Of a stretch of DNA of 64,000 nt, positions 62,690 to 64,000 are shown in pieces; position 1 is the first letter of the stretch, and the number at the start of each line of letters is the position of its first letter. The notes below the pieces were generated by a model. It was not told where the DNA came from. It saw only the letters and a program-made list of their open reading frames with translations, and did not search any database. Both the position numbers and the translations under genes were made by a program. Source of the stretch: Chrysomallon squamiferum (Eukaryota; Animalia; Mollusca); assembly GCA_012295275.1 (NCBI GenBank), contig CM022671.1, positions 24,490,001 to 24,554,000 on the forward strand, in the 5' to 3' direction.

Positions 62690-62780
62690 TACGTTGTTTC
62701 ACCACACCATTTTGAAGGAGTAAAACCAATAATAATAATAATAATATTAATAATAAATAATAATAATAATAATAATAATA
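62260..62780. repeat. (AACAAT)n/(AAT)n ~62260-62320, (CT)n ~62644-62686 and (AAT)n ~62728-62779 microsatellites
   Basis: Read directly from sequence. Confidence 0.85.
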
Positions 62781-63502
62781 AAGAAATAATATACGCATTT
62801 ATGAATTCTCAGTGTTATTTAGTGCAGAAAGACAAGATAAATTATTTTTATAGTTTAAAAAGAAATTTTAGAATTTTTCATTACATCTTTAAAATGAATG
62901 GTAAGCATTCATAAAATGACATAAAAGCAGTCCTAAAATAGCAGCATGTTTTTATTCCAGTCTGTAACTGCTGGGGAAGTAAGTAAAAAAAAATATAAAA
63001 AAAATAAAACATCTAATAATTATACTGAATGGATATTTCTTAGCTTATCGTATTGGATGTATTGAATGTATTTTTGAGGTGTGTCGGCTTCTATCACAAA
63101 TAGTTCTTAGAATTTTCTGACTGATTTTAAAAATAAAATTTTATTTTACCTAGCCTCTTCCCAATGAAAATTCACCGTGAGTGTTGTATTGTATGAACTC
63201 GGATTCTTTTTTTTTTTAACTTATGAAAGAATCTAAATCTGATTTCTTACTAAATCATTATGGAATTAGATTATGGATTATCTGTAAGTTAGTTTTTGCA
63301 TTGTTAACGTCTTAATGCCGTTTTCGTAAACAGACCCAAATGCTATTGCACAACAAGAAGAAAAACAACATGTTCTTGGATATTGGACAAGTGTGGTGCA
63401 ATTTAAAAAACCTATATATGTAGGTATCTTATGTTTGAGTAATGTTAAATCGAGAAATAATGCCTTTTAGATAGGCCATTCAGTTGTGTAAGTACCATAT
63501 AG

Positions 63503-63545
<43 letters not shown>

Positions 63546-64000
63546 GGATACAGATCTTCTGAAACGGAATCGCGAAAATGGAAATCTTAAACGGAATTTA
63601 CATATTTCCGAATGATCAATAAATTTTATATTTTATTTTAATTTTTTTTATTTTTTGTTTTGGGTATATTTCAGATTTATTTATTTACAATAAATGTACA
63701 TCCATTCTTGTTCCGCTTAGCTAATCTTCTGAACTCTTAAAGCAGAACAGATAACACGAAATTGCTCAATGGCAAATTTAAACACGTTTCCTAACAACAT
63801 TGGCTGCCGGTTATGTTTTGGGTTTATTAATTCTGATAAAAGAGTATATTCACGCACTTTATTTATAAATTAACCCAGTTACCCTACCAAATCTCATCTT
63901 TTCATCAAACATCCAATTCTATACTGAGATCAGAATCTTTTATTTATATTTATCTATTGAAACAAAATAAAAGGCATAATGACATGAACTGTATTAAGAT

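Overview
AT-rich, microsatellite-rich, intron-dense animal genomic DNA. It is most likely a lophotrochozoan or mollusc (inferred from composition, the intronless single-cysteine-cluster TLR and the repeat types). I reconstructed five protein-coding genes by hand with GT-AG junctions and consistent phases. (1) STK36/Fused kinase, minus strand, 31 complete coding exons, with one more exon running off the window start. (2) An orphan 499-aa secreted acidic pre-pro-protein with an RKKR furin site and an Asp/Asn/His/Ser-rich mature region. (3) A 19-exon FET-family RNA-binding protein (FUS/EWSR1/TAF15, cabeza-like). (4) A Toll-like receptor with a single coding exon and a degenerate TIR BB-loop and box 3. 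(5) Malectin, minus strand. Also present are a Tigger/pogo deletion derivative in the malectin promoter, two copies of one MITE family, a probable tRNA-SINE relic and a 60-bp minisatellite that duplicates an STK36 splice acceptor. The most interesting signal is in the FET gene. It has a frame-shifting 38-nt exon equivalent to the autoregulated human FUS exon 7, next to the gene's longest intron, which holds a candidate poison or terminal exon and a duplicated hairpin. It also has a 217-codon altFUS-like +1 ORF that a 72-nt cassette exon would switch off. All splicing calls are predictions from sequence only; no database searches were run.
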